Assembly (NCBI GenBank): GCA_963977015.1
Contig: CAXBMO010000020.1
Location: forward strand, 32,001 to 96,000
Origin: an uncultured bacterium
GTDB taxonomy: Bacteria > Verrucomicrobiota > Verrucomicrobiia > Verrucomicrobiales > DEV007
Length of the DNA stretch: 64,000 nucleotides
Reading direction: 5' to 3'
Part shown: piece after piece, positions 1 to 9,255 of the stretch
Layout: each line of letters begins with the position of its first letter
Position numbering within the stretch: the first letter of the stretch is position 1
Translations under genes and position numbers: made by a program
Notes under the pieces: model-generated
Told to the model about the DNA's origin: nothing
Seen by the model: only the letters and a program-made list of their open reading frames with translations
Database searches by the model: none

Positions 1-988
1 CGACGCGATGGGAGACCGTTCCCGGATGAAGCTGCCCGGGCCAGCGAACGATGCAGGGAACACGGATGCCGCCTTCAAACAACGTGCTTTTGAAATCGCG
101 AAGCGGAGCGTTGAACCCGGGCGCGATCGCGCCGTGATCGCTCGCAAACACGACCAGGGTATTGGATGAGAAATCCGCCCGATCCAGTTTCTCCAGGATT
201 TGCCCGACGTTCGCGTCCATGTCCTCAAGCATCTTCACATAGGTTTCGCGCGTGCCCTTGGTCCACTGCTCCGCCGAAACGGGCTCCGGCGTCAGGTCGT
301 CGGGCCCTTGAAACGGAAAGTGCGGCGCACCGTAGGGAACGTAGAGAAAGAACGGCGATTCGGCGCTCTGCCGGTCGAGGAAATCGAGCGCGTCCTGGGT
401 GATGAGATGCGTCATGTATCCTTCGCGTTTGATGACCTCGCGACCATCAAGGCAGACCGGGATATCCGACAGTTCGATGTGATGAAAGTAGTCGACATTG
501 CCGCCCAAAAATCCGCGAAACTCATCAAACCCCTGGTCGAGCGGGTTGAATTTAGGCTCGTAACCGAGGTGCCACTTTCCAAAAACCGCCGTCCGATACC
601 CGAGCTTGCTCAGGCCCGGTGCCAACTCGGCGTGTTCTGGCGGAAGCCCGAGGTCGGCGGTTTGGGCCAACGCTATGGCATCGTCATAGCGCCCGACATT
701 GCCGGTTCCGATCGCGCATTCCAGACCGCCAACCCGTTGCGGGTAGCGCCCGGTCAGAATCGCAGTTCGCGAGGGCGTGCATTCGGGTCCATTGGCGTAA
801 AACTGGCTGAACCGGACCCCCTGACTGGCAAGTGCATCCAGATGAGGCGTTTCGACATCCGGAGCGCCGTAACTCGGTAAATCTCCATATCCCATATCGT
901 CGACAAGGATGAGGACGATGTTTGGCTGATTCTGGGCGGAAAGCGCACCCGTCAGGATCAGGCTGATGGCGATAAAGATGTGTTTCAT
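1..988 (-). CDS. Sulfatase (arylsulfatase A-like), 3' end runs off the window
   Basis: Not in the ORF track because it has no stop in the window. Manual translation from ATG 988: MKHIFIAISLILTGALSAQNQPNIVLILVDDMGYGD...CTPSRTAILTGRYP...GKWHLG...SDHG...LFEGGIRVP. Signal peptide and CxPxR formylglycine motif present. Confidence 0.93.
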   Translation of the reverse strand, partial: MKHIFIAISLILTGALSAQNQPNIVLILVDDMGYGDLPSYGAPDVETPHLDALASQGVRFSQFYANGPECTPSRTAILTGRYPQRVGGLECAIGTGNVGRYDDAIALAQTADLGLPPEHAELAPGLSKLGYRTAVFGKWHLGYEPKFNPLDQGFDEFRGFLGGNVDYFHHIELSDIPVCLDGREVIKREGYMTHLITQDALDFLDRQSAESPFFLYVPYGAPHFPFQGPDDLTPEPVSAEQWTKGTRETYVKMLEDMDANVGQILEKLDRADFSSNTLVVFASDHGAIAPGFNAPLRDFKSTLFEGGIRVPCIVRWPGQLHPGTVSHRV

Positions 989-1110
989 GGATGGTTGGAC
1001 GTATCTCCCATCCGAACACGGCTTCAATCGCGTAATTTGTCTCAATTCTGTCGCGATCACCAAAGAGAACCGAATTTGCGAGGCACTTCGCGAGCCCTTT
1101 CCAAACACCC

Positions 1111-4100
1111 CTAGGATCTTTCGAGATAGGCGAGCAAGGCGGCAAACTCCTTCACCGTCAGGTTATTGACCAACCCTGGCGGCATCATCGAGGCGGGAGA
1201 TTCTTCCCGTTTGGCGATTTGATCCGGCTTGAGAACCGTCACTTTGCCGGTGATGTCCCTCACTTCGATCTCGTCAGCGGCTTCCTTGGAGACAAAGGCC
1301 ATCAGGATGTTCCCGTCTTTCAGGGTGAACAAGTTGGTGTGGAATCCCTGCGCAATTGACTTGTTGGGGTTGAGAATGGCTTCGGCCAGATCCTTCCCTT
1401 TGTAGATTCCGGAGATGTTGCCGAGATAGGGTCCTTTCAAGGGTTCGTCCGGCTTCATCGTGTGACAGATGACGCAGGTTTGCTGCCCGAAAAGGGCTTC
1501 GCCAAGTTCCGCGTCTCCCTTGATCTTCGCGACTTGGGCCAACACGGAAATCGGTTCCATCGTTCCAATCAACGCGTCCTTCGGTTTTGATTCGGCATCG
1601 AGATCGATGCGAAGCGACCTTGCGGCTGACTCCGCAGCCTTGACGACGTTGGGTTCGGGTCGCGACGCTGCTGCGATGACAATTGCTTTGGAATTGCGAT
1701 GTTTCGTTTCGGCAATCGCACGAAGCAACCAGATGAGGTGGTCCGGGTTCGATTCCAGTTGGGTTTCCTCCAAAGCGGTCTCGATTTCTCCCCGCGTTTC
1801 CGGCGCCAGCGGCTTGCGATCGAGCAATTTGACGAGCACGCCGAACGCCATTCGACCGGCTTTCTCGTCTTCACCATGCGCCACCTCGATCAGCATTTCG
1901 TAGTGATTCTCGATCTCCGGATTGTCCGGGATCGCATCGCGCAGCCAATTCTTGATGTGAGGAATCGTCTTGAACTCATTCCTCCGGACCGCGAGATCAA
2001 ACGCGACTTCGAAACCGTAGGGGTCGCGCCCTTTCGCCAACGCCCTTGCGGCGTTCAAGCGAAGCTCATCGTCGCGATCCGATGAGGTCGCGACCCGAAT
2101 CAATGCCGGAATCGCGTCAGCCGGAGCCTCGGTTTTCTTCAAAACCAGATCGACGAGCGATTTCTCCAGACTTGGATCCTTTTCCGCCAATTTGAGCACG
2201 GTCGGAATCGAATCGTTGAGATCAATCTGGTTTCGCGAAATTTCGGCGATCAACGCGGCTTTGTCGGTTTTTTCGTGCGTGAGCGCCATGCGCAGGGTTT
2301 CGGCAATTTTCTCGCTCATTTCCCAGGTTACGCGCTTGTAGTAGGGTCCGGTCGTATCGGGACGCGTTCCCCAGCTTTCCCCCTTCCACTCCCCTTCGCG
2401 AAAGTAGAGGCGAGCGAGCGTTTTCAGGATTCCCGACGCGTTGGAGGGATCGGAAGCCTCTCCGAGTTGAACCTCCAAATTCGAGATAAGGTGCTCCACG
2501 ACTTTCGGGTCGTGCATTTGCTGGAGCGCGCGATGAACTTGCGGGTATTCGAGGTAGGCTTCCAAACAGGCATCAACCGCCTTGGTTTCGACCAGGGCGT
2601 TGATCGCAACATGAGCGACGTTTGGATCACTGTCGTTCGTCATCGTGATGAGCGTATCAGCACCATCTTTGGTCGCCGCAAGCCAACGAACGATCTCCAA
2701 TCGCACCGCAGGATCGGTCGCCACAATCTCGATGGAGGGATCATCCATCGGCTTGCCGATTTCGGCCAAGGCGCGAGTCGCGACTTCGGGATACTGCTTG
2801 AGAACATCCGCCCAAAAGGAAATCGGCAACTCGCTTCCGCCGAGAGCGAGCGTGAAGATTGCCGCTGCGGCGATTTGTTCCGAACCGGATTTCGTTGCGA
2901 GAGCAACAAGGACATTCCGAGTCGCGTCGTTCAAGCCGCGCCGCAGCAGTTCCCATTGCGCCGCTTTCCGCACGGTGAAGCTCTCATCTCCAATCAAACT
3001 TGCCAATTCCTCGTCCGTCGCGTTGGCGAAATCCGGAACCGCCCGCTTCTCGTGTCCCTTGGGTTGCACCACCGCGACGTAACCGATGTAATCGCCATCG
3101 TACTTGAAGCGTCCGTCCTTCCAGCTCGAAACGTAGATTCGCCCACCCGCGTCAATCGTCGCATCGGTCGAACGAGGCGTCTTGATGAACTCGATCTGCT
3201 CATCCTCCTGAAAGGTGGCGCCCTTCTTTGAAAGTTTGTGGGCGTAAACCCAGCCCGGGCCCCAGTCCACGGTGCAGGGAATGTTTTGGTAGGGCTCCGG
3301 ATAGCCTGGTTCATCAATCCAGACCGAACCGACCCCCGAACCACCGCCATAATCGCGAAGCGGTTGAATGATCTCCTCCTCGAAGTTCCGATACAGACTC
3401 GGATATCCGTGGTGATCGAGTCCGGTAAAGTGATGAAGCCGCACATCCCAACCTCCGCCATCGTTCGTGTTGTCCCGGGTAAAGGCTTCCAGGGTCGGCC
3501 CGACCGCCACTTCGTAAATGTTCCGTGTTCCCCGGCTGAAAATGTGCATCCCGGTTCCATCGCGGCGAATGCGAACCACTCCCCCGCCTCGAAGTTGAAG
3601 CTCGGTTCCATCGGTGCCCCTGGCGTTCATGAATCCGAAATCGCCGATCGCGCAATAGATCCAGCCGTCGATTCCGAGCGTGATCCCGTTGGAAGTATGG
3701 TCGGCGGGCCGGTCCTTGAAACCGAACGCGATCCCTTCGACCAACACTTCCTCTTCGTCGGAAACTCCGTCGCCGTCGTTGTCCCGGTATCGGCTCAGAT
3801 GGGGAGGATGGAGGCAATAAAGCCATTCTCCGTCCCACTCCAACCCGCGAGGCGAGTCCACGTTTTCCACGAACTTGTGAACCTGGTCCGCTTTTCCGTC
3901 TCCGTCCGAATCCACACATTGCAAAATTGCCCCGCGGTTTGGGTCTCGAGCCAGCGAACCGTTCTTGTCCTGACTCACAAACACCACGCCATCGGGCGTT
4001 GCCTTCACAAACGTCGGGTAATTTACACTTGGCGGCTTCGCGAAAATCTTGGCCTCGAAGTTCTCGGGGACGACGACGGTTTTGAGCAACTCGGCCTCGG

Positions 4101-4182
4101 TGGACTGGGCCTGAGCGAATTGGAGGCTGGGCAAAAACGCGACAAGGGCGACCAAATGGCAAAAGGATGGGCGGGGTGACAT
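1111..4182 (-). CDS. PVC-type heme-binding CxxCH protein (beta-propeller dehydrogenase domain, HEAT repeats, cytochrome c)
   Basis: Signal peptide; DSDGDGKAD repeats; GIDGWIY; GTRNIY; C-terminal CVICH heme motif; ILNPNKSIAQGF and SMMPPGL motifs. Confidence 0.9.
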   Translation of the reverse strand: MSPRPSFCHLVALVAFLPSLQFAQAQSTEAELLKTVVVPENFEAKIFAKPPSVNYPTFVKATPDGVVFVSQDKNGSLARDPNRGAILQCVDSDGDGKADQVHKFVENVDSPRGLEWDGEWLYCLHPPHLSRYRDNDGDGVSDEEEVLVEGIAFGFKDRPADHTSNGITLGIDGWIYCAIGDFGFMNARGTDGTELQLRGGGVVRIRRDGTGMHIFSRGTRNIYEVAVGPTLEAFTRDNTNDGGGWDVRLHHFTGLDHHGYPSLYRNFEEEIIQPLRDYGGGSGVGSVWIDEPGYPEPYQNIPCTVDWGPGWVYAHKLSKKGATFQEDEQIEFIKTPRSTDATIDAGGRIYVSSWKDGRFKYDGDYIGYVAVVQPKGHEKRAVPDFANATDEELASLIGDESFTVRKAAQWELLRRGLNDATRNVLVALATKSGSEQIAAAAIFTLALGGSELPISFWADVLKQYPEVATRALAEIGKPMDDPSIEIVATDPAVRLEIVRWLAATKDGADTLITMTNDSDPNVAHVAINALVETKAVDACLEAYLEYPQVHRALQQMHDPKVVEHLISNLEVQLGEASDPSNASGILKTLARLYFREGEWKGESWGTRPDTTGPYYKRVTWEMSEKIAETLRMALTHEKTDKAALIAEISRNQIDLNDSIPTVLKLAEKDPSLEKSLVDLVLKKTEAPADAIPALIRVATSSDRDDELRLNAARALAKGRDPYGFEVAFDLAVRRNEFKTIPHIKNWLRDAIPDNPEIENHYEMLIEVAHGEDEKAGRMAFGVLVKLLDRKPLAPETRGEIETALEETQLESNPDHLIWLLRAIAETKHRNSKAIVIAAASRPEPNVVKAAESAARSLRIDLDAESKPKDALIGTMEPISVLAQVAKIKGDAELGEALFGQQTCVICHTMKPDEPLKGPYLGNISGIYKGKDLAEAILNPNKSIAQGFHTNLFTLKDGNILMAFVSKEAADEIEVRDITGKVTVLKPDQIAKREESPASMMPPGLVNNLTVKEFAALLAYLERS

Positions 4183-4190
4183 TGGCCGCG

Positions 4191-4219
4191 ACGATCCATC
4201 ATGGCCCGGAATCGTGCAA
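4191..4219 (-). promoter_or_regulatory. Putative sigma70 promoter (TTGCAC-N17-GATCGT), 8 nt upstream of ATG 4182
   Basis: Read from the sequence; the -10 box is weak. Confidence 0.35.
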
Positions 4220-4243
4220 GTGGCGATATCCCCCAGATCCCCT

Positions 4244-6100
4244 CTACTGCAAGCCCTTCACGGGCATGAGCGATTTGTCGCGGTTCGCCTTGTTCACCAG
4301 AATTTGCTCCGCCGTGTGCCGCAGGAGTAATTCAGCGATTTTGACGGCTTCGCTGACACTGGATTTGTCCTCGGGATCAAATTTGGATTCCACATCCACA
4401 TCGTTAGGGAGTTTCTCATGATAACGAAGCTTCCCATTGGTGATCACCAGGAATCGCTTCACATCTCCCAACTTGTCGGCCGGGGGTTCCGGCGTCTTGA
4501 ACAAATGACCGTCATACGGACTGGTGGGATCATCGATGCGCCTCCCTTCAACAACCGAGGCGATTACTGCATCGAGATTTCCGTGATTTTCCGCGACGAA
4601 ATCGATTCCCGTCGAATGGGCGGCCGCGGCTACTGCAGCGACGCTTTGCGCATATCGGCGAGCTTGCAACGCTTCCTCAACATACAGGCGCCGTTCCAGC
4701 AGCCTGAGGCGCTCCGGACATTCGCTCGGGCTGACACTCATCAAATTCGTCGGCGGCTCCAACAGGTCAAAAACGTTGATGTCTGGAGAAGCTTGCTTGA
4801 GTTGGCCTCCTTCGATCTTCAAATAGGGAAGAACCCGCGCCTGTTCTTCGGTCGAAAGTCTGGGGCCATCGTTTTCCGCATCGCAGATCAACTTGATGGT
4901 CAGGGCCAGGTTTCCTCCGGCTTGTTCAACAAACGACGCGCCATTCTCGCCGGGAATTTTCCCAAGAAGCTCAACCTCAGCCGCAAGCTCTTCAGCAAAC
5001 AGGCGCTCCTTCAGCTGCTCCAGGGTGTTTACCCGGTGCACCAGCAGACGGCGAACCTCATCCAGGGTCGGCTCCGCGACTTTCGGGATTGTCGCTTCCA
5101 CTGGAGCGGAGGTGACCTTCACCGGTGGAATCGCACTAATCGGCGTATGTTTGAGAAGCTTTGGGTCCGGCTTGTTCTCCCCTTCGATCGGGTTCATCAC
5201 CGGATGAATGATAAAGCGTTGAATCCAGGCGCTCAATTGCTGACGCTCCGCCGGAAACTGATCCAGGACGACCAGAACGATGGTCGCCAGCAAACAAATC
5301 AGCGCCGGAATCCCGACGGCTGGAGAAATTTTCCGTTTGGAAGCACCGTCTGCCGACCAATCCATGGGAGCTTCGGTAACTGGAGTGGCCTTCGGTTGCT
5401 TTTCTTTTTCCTGGGCCGTGTCTGCAGCCTCATCTTCGACCTTGTCCTTCCCGAATTGGAGAAAACTGGGCTTGGAACCGGCATCTTTGGGCCGGGTCCG
5501 TTTCGTAAAGGCAGCGACAAAGCCTTTTGGACCAGGTTTCTCAGCGACGGGCTCGGGCTGAGGGGCTTCGGATGGTTCCAACGTTGCCTTTTCAGGAGGC
5601 GCCTCTTCGGCACTTGGAGAAGCCGGGTCCGGTCCCGATTCCGGCTTGGGCGGGTAACCAGGAACAGGATCTTTCGGATCTGAAACCGGCTCGGGTTGAG
5701 GCTGGGCCGACTCCGGTTGACTCTGACCCAATGCCGCGTTTAGCCCTGCTCCATCAATCAGTTGCAGAGGAACGGACTCCGCCGCCTGAAGCACAGCAGG
5801 ATCGAAATAGCTATTGGTGACAAACACCGCACTGTGCGCACCGGACTGACTCACCGCCCCCCAAAACGTATCAAGCTGCTGCATCTTGACCAATTGCGAC
5901 GGATCCGTCGCAAAACAACCAACCGCAACGTGCTGGGTGGGTTGTTGAGCCGGCGTCGCGATGAACGTGATCTCAACAGGAAGTCCGTCGGGCCGGCTGA
6001 GTTGGAATCCCGCCGAACTGTAGATTTGCGCAACCGTGTCGACCAAGCGCTGTGGCAGGTCGTTTTGGGTGGGCATCGGCTCGGCGTTTTGGGAATACAC
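4244..6100 (-). CDS. Bitopic membrane protein: degenerate Mrr-like restriction endonuclease domain, Pro-rich linker, TM helix, duplicated exported domain
   Basis: N-terminus has the Mrr_cat-like pattern AVFVTNSYF...A...LQLIDGAGL. TM segment VGIPALICLLATIVLVVL. Two similar C-terminal segments (FVEQAGGNLALTI...YLKIEGGQL and FVAENHGNLDAVI...FLVITNGKL). Confidence 0.7.
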   Translation of the reverse strand: MYSQNAEPMPTQNDLPQRLVDTVAQIYSSAGFQLSRPDGLPVEITFIATPAQQPTQHVAVGCFATDPSQLVKMQQLDTFWGAVSQSGAHSAVFVTNSYFDPAVLQAAESVPLQLIDGAGLNAALGQSQPESAQPQPEPVSDPKDPVPGYPPKPESGPDPASPSAEEAPPEKATLEPSEAPQPEPVAEKPGPKGFVAAFTKRTRPKDAGSKPSFLQFGKDKVEDEAADTAQEKEKQPKATPVTEAPMDWSADGASKRKISPAVGIPALICLLATIVLVVLDQFPAERQQLSAWIQRFIIHPVMNPIEGENKPDPKLLKHTPISAIPPVKVTSAPVEATIPKVAEPTLDEVRRLLVHRVNTLEQLKERLFAEELAAEVELLGKIPGENGASFVEQAGGNLALTIKLICDAENDGPRLSTEEQARVLPYLKIEGGQLKQASPDINVFDLLEPPTNLMSVSPSECPERLRLLERRLYVEEALQARRYAQSVAAVAAAAHSTGIDFVAENHGNLDAVIASVVEGRRIDDPTSPYDGHLFKTPEPPADKLGDVKRFLVITNGKLRYHEKLPNDVDVESKFDPEDKSSVSEAVKIAELLLRHTAEQILVNKANRDKSLMPVKGLQ

Positions 6101-6107
6101 GGAGCGA

Positions 6108-6135
6108 AGGTTACCACAAGTGAATATTTCTTAAA
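6108..6135 (-). promoter_or_regulatory. Putative sigma70 promoter (TTTAAG-N16-TAACCT, extended -10 TGn), 7 nt upstream of GTG 6100
   Basis: Lies in the AT-rich divergent intergenic region; the spacing fits a leaderless transcript. Confidence 0.45.
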
Positions 6136-6228
6136 CCCATTTATTTCGGAAAAGTTAACTTACTTTGCGCGTACTTTACCGTCGCTAGATTCGAACACTG
6201 GCGTTCCAAACCTGTCTGAACGCTTTAT

Positions 6229-7566
6229 ATGGCCACTTTGAAGCCTCTCTCCCGCCGCACTTTACTTCGTGGACTCGGAGTCACCATGTCGTTGCCACTT
6301 CTGGAAGCGATGGGCCCTGTGCATTCCTTTGCTGCGTCCAGTTCCACCAAGTCGCCGCTTCGCATGGGATTCGTGTATCTCCCGAACGGCGTGATCATGA
6401 ATCAATGGACGCCGAACCAAGAGGGCTCGAGCTTTGAGTTGCCCAACACGCTCAAACCGCTCAACCCGCTTAAAAGCCAGCTTCAGGTTCTCAGTGGCCT
6501 CGATCATGACAAGGCCAAGAACAATGGTGACGGTGGTGGCGATCATGCCCGGGCAAACGCCACCTTTTTAACCGGCTGCCAAGCCAAGAAGACCGCTGGT
6601 GCGGATATTCGCATCGGGGTTTCGGTCGATCAGGTCGCCGCAGCAAGGATTTCCGGCCAAACGCGAGTCGATTCCCTCCAGCTGGGCTGTGATGTCGGTC
6701 GAAAAGCCGGTCGCTGCGACTCGGGCTACAGTTGCGCCTACCAGTTCAATTTCTCCTGGAAGACCGAGAATCTGCCGATGCCTCCGGAGATCGATCCTCG
6801 CGTCGTCTTCGAAAAGCTCTTCGGCAGCGGCATTTTGGGCGACGTGAAAAAGAACCAGGCGGTGCGCGCGAAATACCAAAAGAGTATTCTGGATTTTGTG
6901 CGCGAAGACGCCCTCGCCCTTCAATCGAAACTCGGGCATACGGATCGCGCCAAGTTGGACGAATACATGACCGGGGTTCGCGAGTTGGAACGCCAGATTG
7001 AGCACGCTGAGAAGTTTACCAAGCAGCTTCCTGACCTGAACGCGCCAACCGGGATCCCGAGCGAGTTCAAGGAACACATTCGACTGATGTATGACCTCAT
7101 GGCGATGGCCTTTCAGACCGACACCACGCGGGTGGCGACGTTTTTGGTCGCCCACGACGGAAGCAACCGCAGCTTCCGCGACATTGGCGTAGGTGAGGGC
7201 CACCACTATCTATCCCATCACCGGGATGAGAAATCGAAGATCGAGAAGCTGGCGAAAATCGACAGGTTCTACACCGAACAATTCGCGTATTTTCTTCAGA
7301 AGCTCGCCGGAATGCGCGAAGAAGGAGGCTCGGTGCTCGATCACTCCATGATCGTCTTCGGCGGAGGCCACAGCGACGGGAATCGCCACGATCACGAAAA
7401 TCTGCCCGTGATTCTCGCCGGAAAAGGAAACGGAACGCTGCAAACCGGGCGTCACGTCAATCACCAGAGCAAACCGATGAACAACCTGTTCCTGACGATG
7501 CTCGACAACTTTGGAACCCCGGTCGATCGGCTTGGCGACAGCACCGGCCGCCTGAGTAACGTCTAG
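6229..7566 (+). CDS. DUF1552 domain-containing protein
   Basis: SRRTLLRGLGVTMSLPLLEAM Tat-like leader; YLPNG; CDSGYSCAY; HHYLSHH; DGNRHDHENLPVILAG. Confidence 0.92.
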   Translation: MATLKPLSRRTLLRGLGVTMSLPLLEAMGPVHSFAASSSTKSPLRMGFVYLPNGVIMNQWTPNQEGSSFELPNTLKPLNPLKSQLQVLSGLDHDKAKNNGDGGGDHARANATFLTGCQAKKTAGADIRIGVSVDQVAAARISGQTRVDSLQLGCDVGRKAGRCDSGYSCAYQFNFSWKTENLPMPPEIDPRVVFEKLFGSGILGDVKKNQAVRAKYQKSILDFVREDALALQSKLGHTDRAKLDEYMTGVRELERQIEHAEKFTKQLPDLNAPTGIPSEFKEHIRLMYDLMAMAFQTDTTRVATFLVAHDGSNRSFRDIGVGEGHHYLSHHRDEKSKIEKLAKIDRFYTEQFAYFLQKLAGMREEGGSVLDHSMIVFGGGHSDGNRHDHENLPVILAGKGNGTLQTGRHVNHQSKPMNNLFLTMLDNFGTPVDRLGDSTGRLSNV

Positions 7567-7580
7567 CCTGGACTCGAGAA

Positions 7581-9203
7581 CTACGAGTCCTTCAGCAGCG
7601 CCATGGCGCGCTGAATATTTTTCTCGCGGTTGTCCAGAATCTTGGTTCTCGCCCAGCGGTAATTCGTCGCCGCCATGATTTCCGGAATGGCGGTGTCGGC
7701 TGCGATATCGCCCAGAATCTGCTCATAGGGAACCGGACCAACCGGGCGGTAGGCTCCGGAATAAAAGTAACCGTGAACGACACTGGCAAGAGCTCGCGCC
7801 TCCCGTTCGCCATTCCCTTTGATTCCTGGGTACTCGAACAGAGAGCGATAGAGCTCGCGGTTTCCGTCCGTCCGCACCACGCGATTTTTCAGGGTCGCCA
7901 AGTAACGGGTAAACGCGCGAAGGTTTTCGATCAACGGCATCGGCTGGTTCCAAACCGGCGCTTCGTCACCGATCCAGAATCGAATTTTGTCCGGTAAAGG
8001 CAAGAGCCCGCGTTCGCCTTCACTGTGAATGTGAAACGGATCCACCCTCCCCCTCCGGTTCAGCCCCATCTCCGCATAAAACACGACCCAAACCTCTTCG
8101 AGCGTCAACTTGAGAAGATCCATCCCATCATTCTGGGCATCTCGCCATTGATTGGTCTCGGTGATGAGAGCTTCGAGAGCCACACGGTTTTGCGAAAAGA
8201 ACTGCGCTTTGGTCAGGTCTTCATACACGAAATGGATTCCGGCAACTTGGTCGGCCGGATGCGAGCGCTCAACCTCTGTGGTTAGGGTCTCGGTTGGACG
8301 AACCGTGCTGATCGAGATCGCGTAATCATCGATCGCCGACGCATAAGCCGCGGCCAACTCGTCTTTCCGATCCATTCCCAACTTCATTTCGCGGTCGTTG
8401 CTCATGAAGAACGGCTCCACAATCACGGCCGGCGCTTTGGTGTTCGCAATCAGGGTCCATCCTCGACCGCCGGAAAGCGGTTTCAGCCCGCGATCCCGCA
8501 GGCCCAAGGCCTTTAAAACCTCGTCCTGCAACAAGGACGCCAACCGTTCCCCATTGCGAGAGCGGTGATGGTACAACATCTCGGTACCACTCGCTCCCAC
8601 CGTAAAGTTGCAGTGGAGACTCACAATAAAATCCGGATCCAGGCTGTTGAGTTTGGCCGGCAACCGCGTGAGACCATCCGAAACATCATCCCGGAAGACG
8701 ATCTCGACATCGGCATGCTTCACTCGCTCGGCAACGCGTTTCGCAATATCGCTGTTGTAGCCCCACTCTGTAACCTTGTATCGCTCGCTCTTCGCACCTT
8801 GAGAACTTTTGCGGTGCCCAACCACAAGCGCCACCAAAGGCTTCGGTGAACTCGGAACCACGTCGGTTGCCTCAGGTTCCGGTTCAGCCGGCCCAATCAC
8901 CTCTTCCAGAATCTCCAGCACCCGCTCTTCCAGATCCTTCCGGTCAATGTGGCCGGCATCCAAATACCGCTGAAGCAATTGGGACGTAATTGCCGGGAGC
9001 AACTCGATAATCAATGCGTCGTAGAGAACGCCATCTTCCAGGGTTCCGGTCAGAACCGCGAATTGATCCAACTCAACAGCTTCCTGAAAAGGGTGATCCT
9101 CCGGGCGTTCCCCGGTAATCGCTCTGGTCAGCGTGATGGAACCATCAGCAGTGAGAAATTCTTGAGATCCGGTAAAGCGACCAACAACGATGTCTGATTT
9201 CAT
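7581..9203 (-). CDS. N-acetylmuramoyl-L-alanine amidase (Amidase_3) with extra N- and C-terminal domains
   Basis: VVGH...TE...SLHCN...GTE...PAVIVEPFFMSN zinc-amidase motifs. ATG 9203 preferred over GTG 9236. Confidence 0.85.
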   Translation of the reverse strand: MKSDIVVGRFTGSQEFLTADGSITLTRAITGERPEDHPFQEAVELDQFAVLTGTLEDGVLYDALIIELLPAITSQLLQRYLDAGHIDRKDLEERVLEILEEVIGPAEPEPEATDVVPSSPKPLVALVVGHRKSSQGAKSERYKVTEWGYNSDIAKRVAERVKHADVEIVFRDDVSDGLTRLPAKLNSLDPDFIVSLHCNFTVGASGTEMLYHHRSRNGERLASLLQDEVLKALGLRDRGLKPLSGGRGWTLIANTKAPAVIVEPFFMSNDREMKLGMDRKDELAAAYASAIDDYAISISTVRPTETLTTEVERSHPADQVAGIHFVYEDLTKAQFFSQNRVALEALITETNQWRDAQNDGMDLLKLTLEEVWVVFYAEMGLNRRGRVDPFHIHSEGERGLLPLPDKIRFWIGDEAPVWNQPMPLIENLRAFTRYLATLKNRVVRTDGNRELYRSLFEYPGIKGNGEREARALASVVHGYFYSGAYRPVGPVPYEQILGDIAADTAIPEIMAATNYRWARTKILDNREKNIQRAMALLKDS

Positions 9204-9255
9204 GGGCGGAAAGCGTGGTCGCCGAATTTGGGCCACGCCTACTGGCGACGCAAGC

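Noticed and set aside
200-880. 226-aa plus-strand ORF
   Set aside because: Antisense shadow of the minus-strand sulfatase, which has clear motifs.
5725-6100. Functional type IV (Mrr) restriction system
   Set aside because: The catalytic residues appear substituted, the protein is membrane-anchored, and no defence genes lie next to it.
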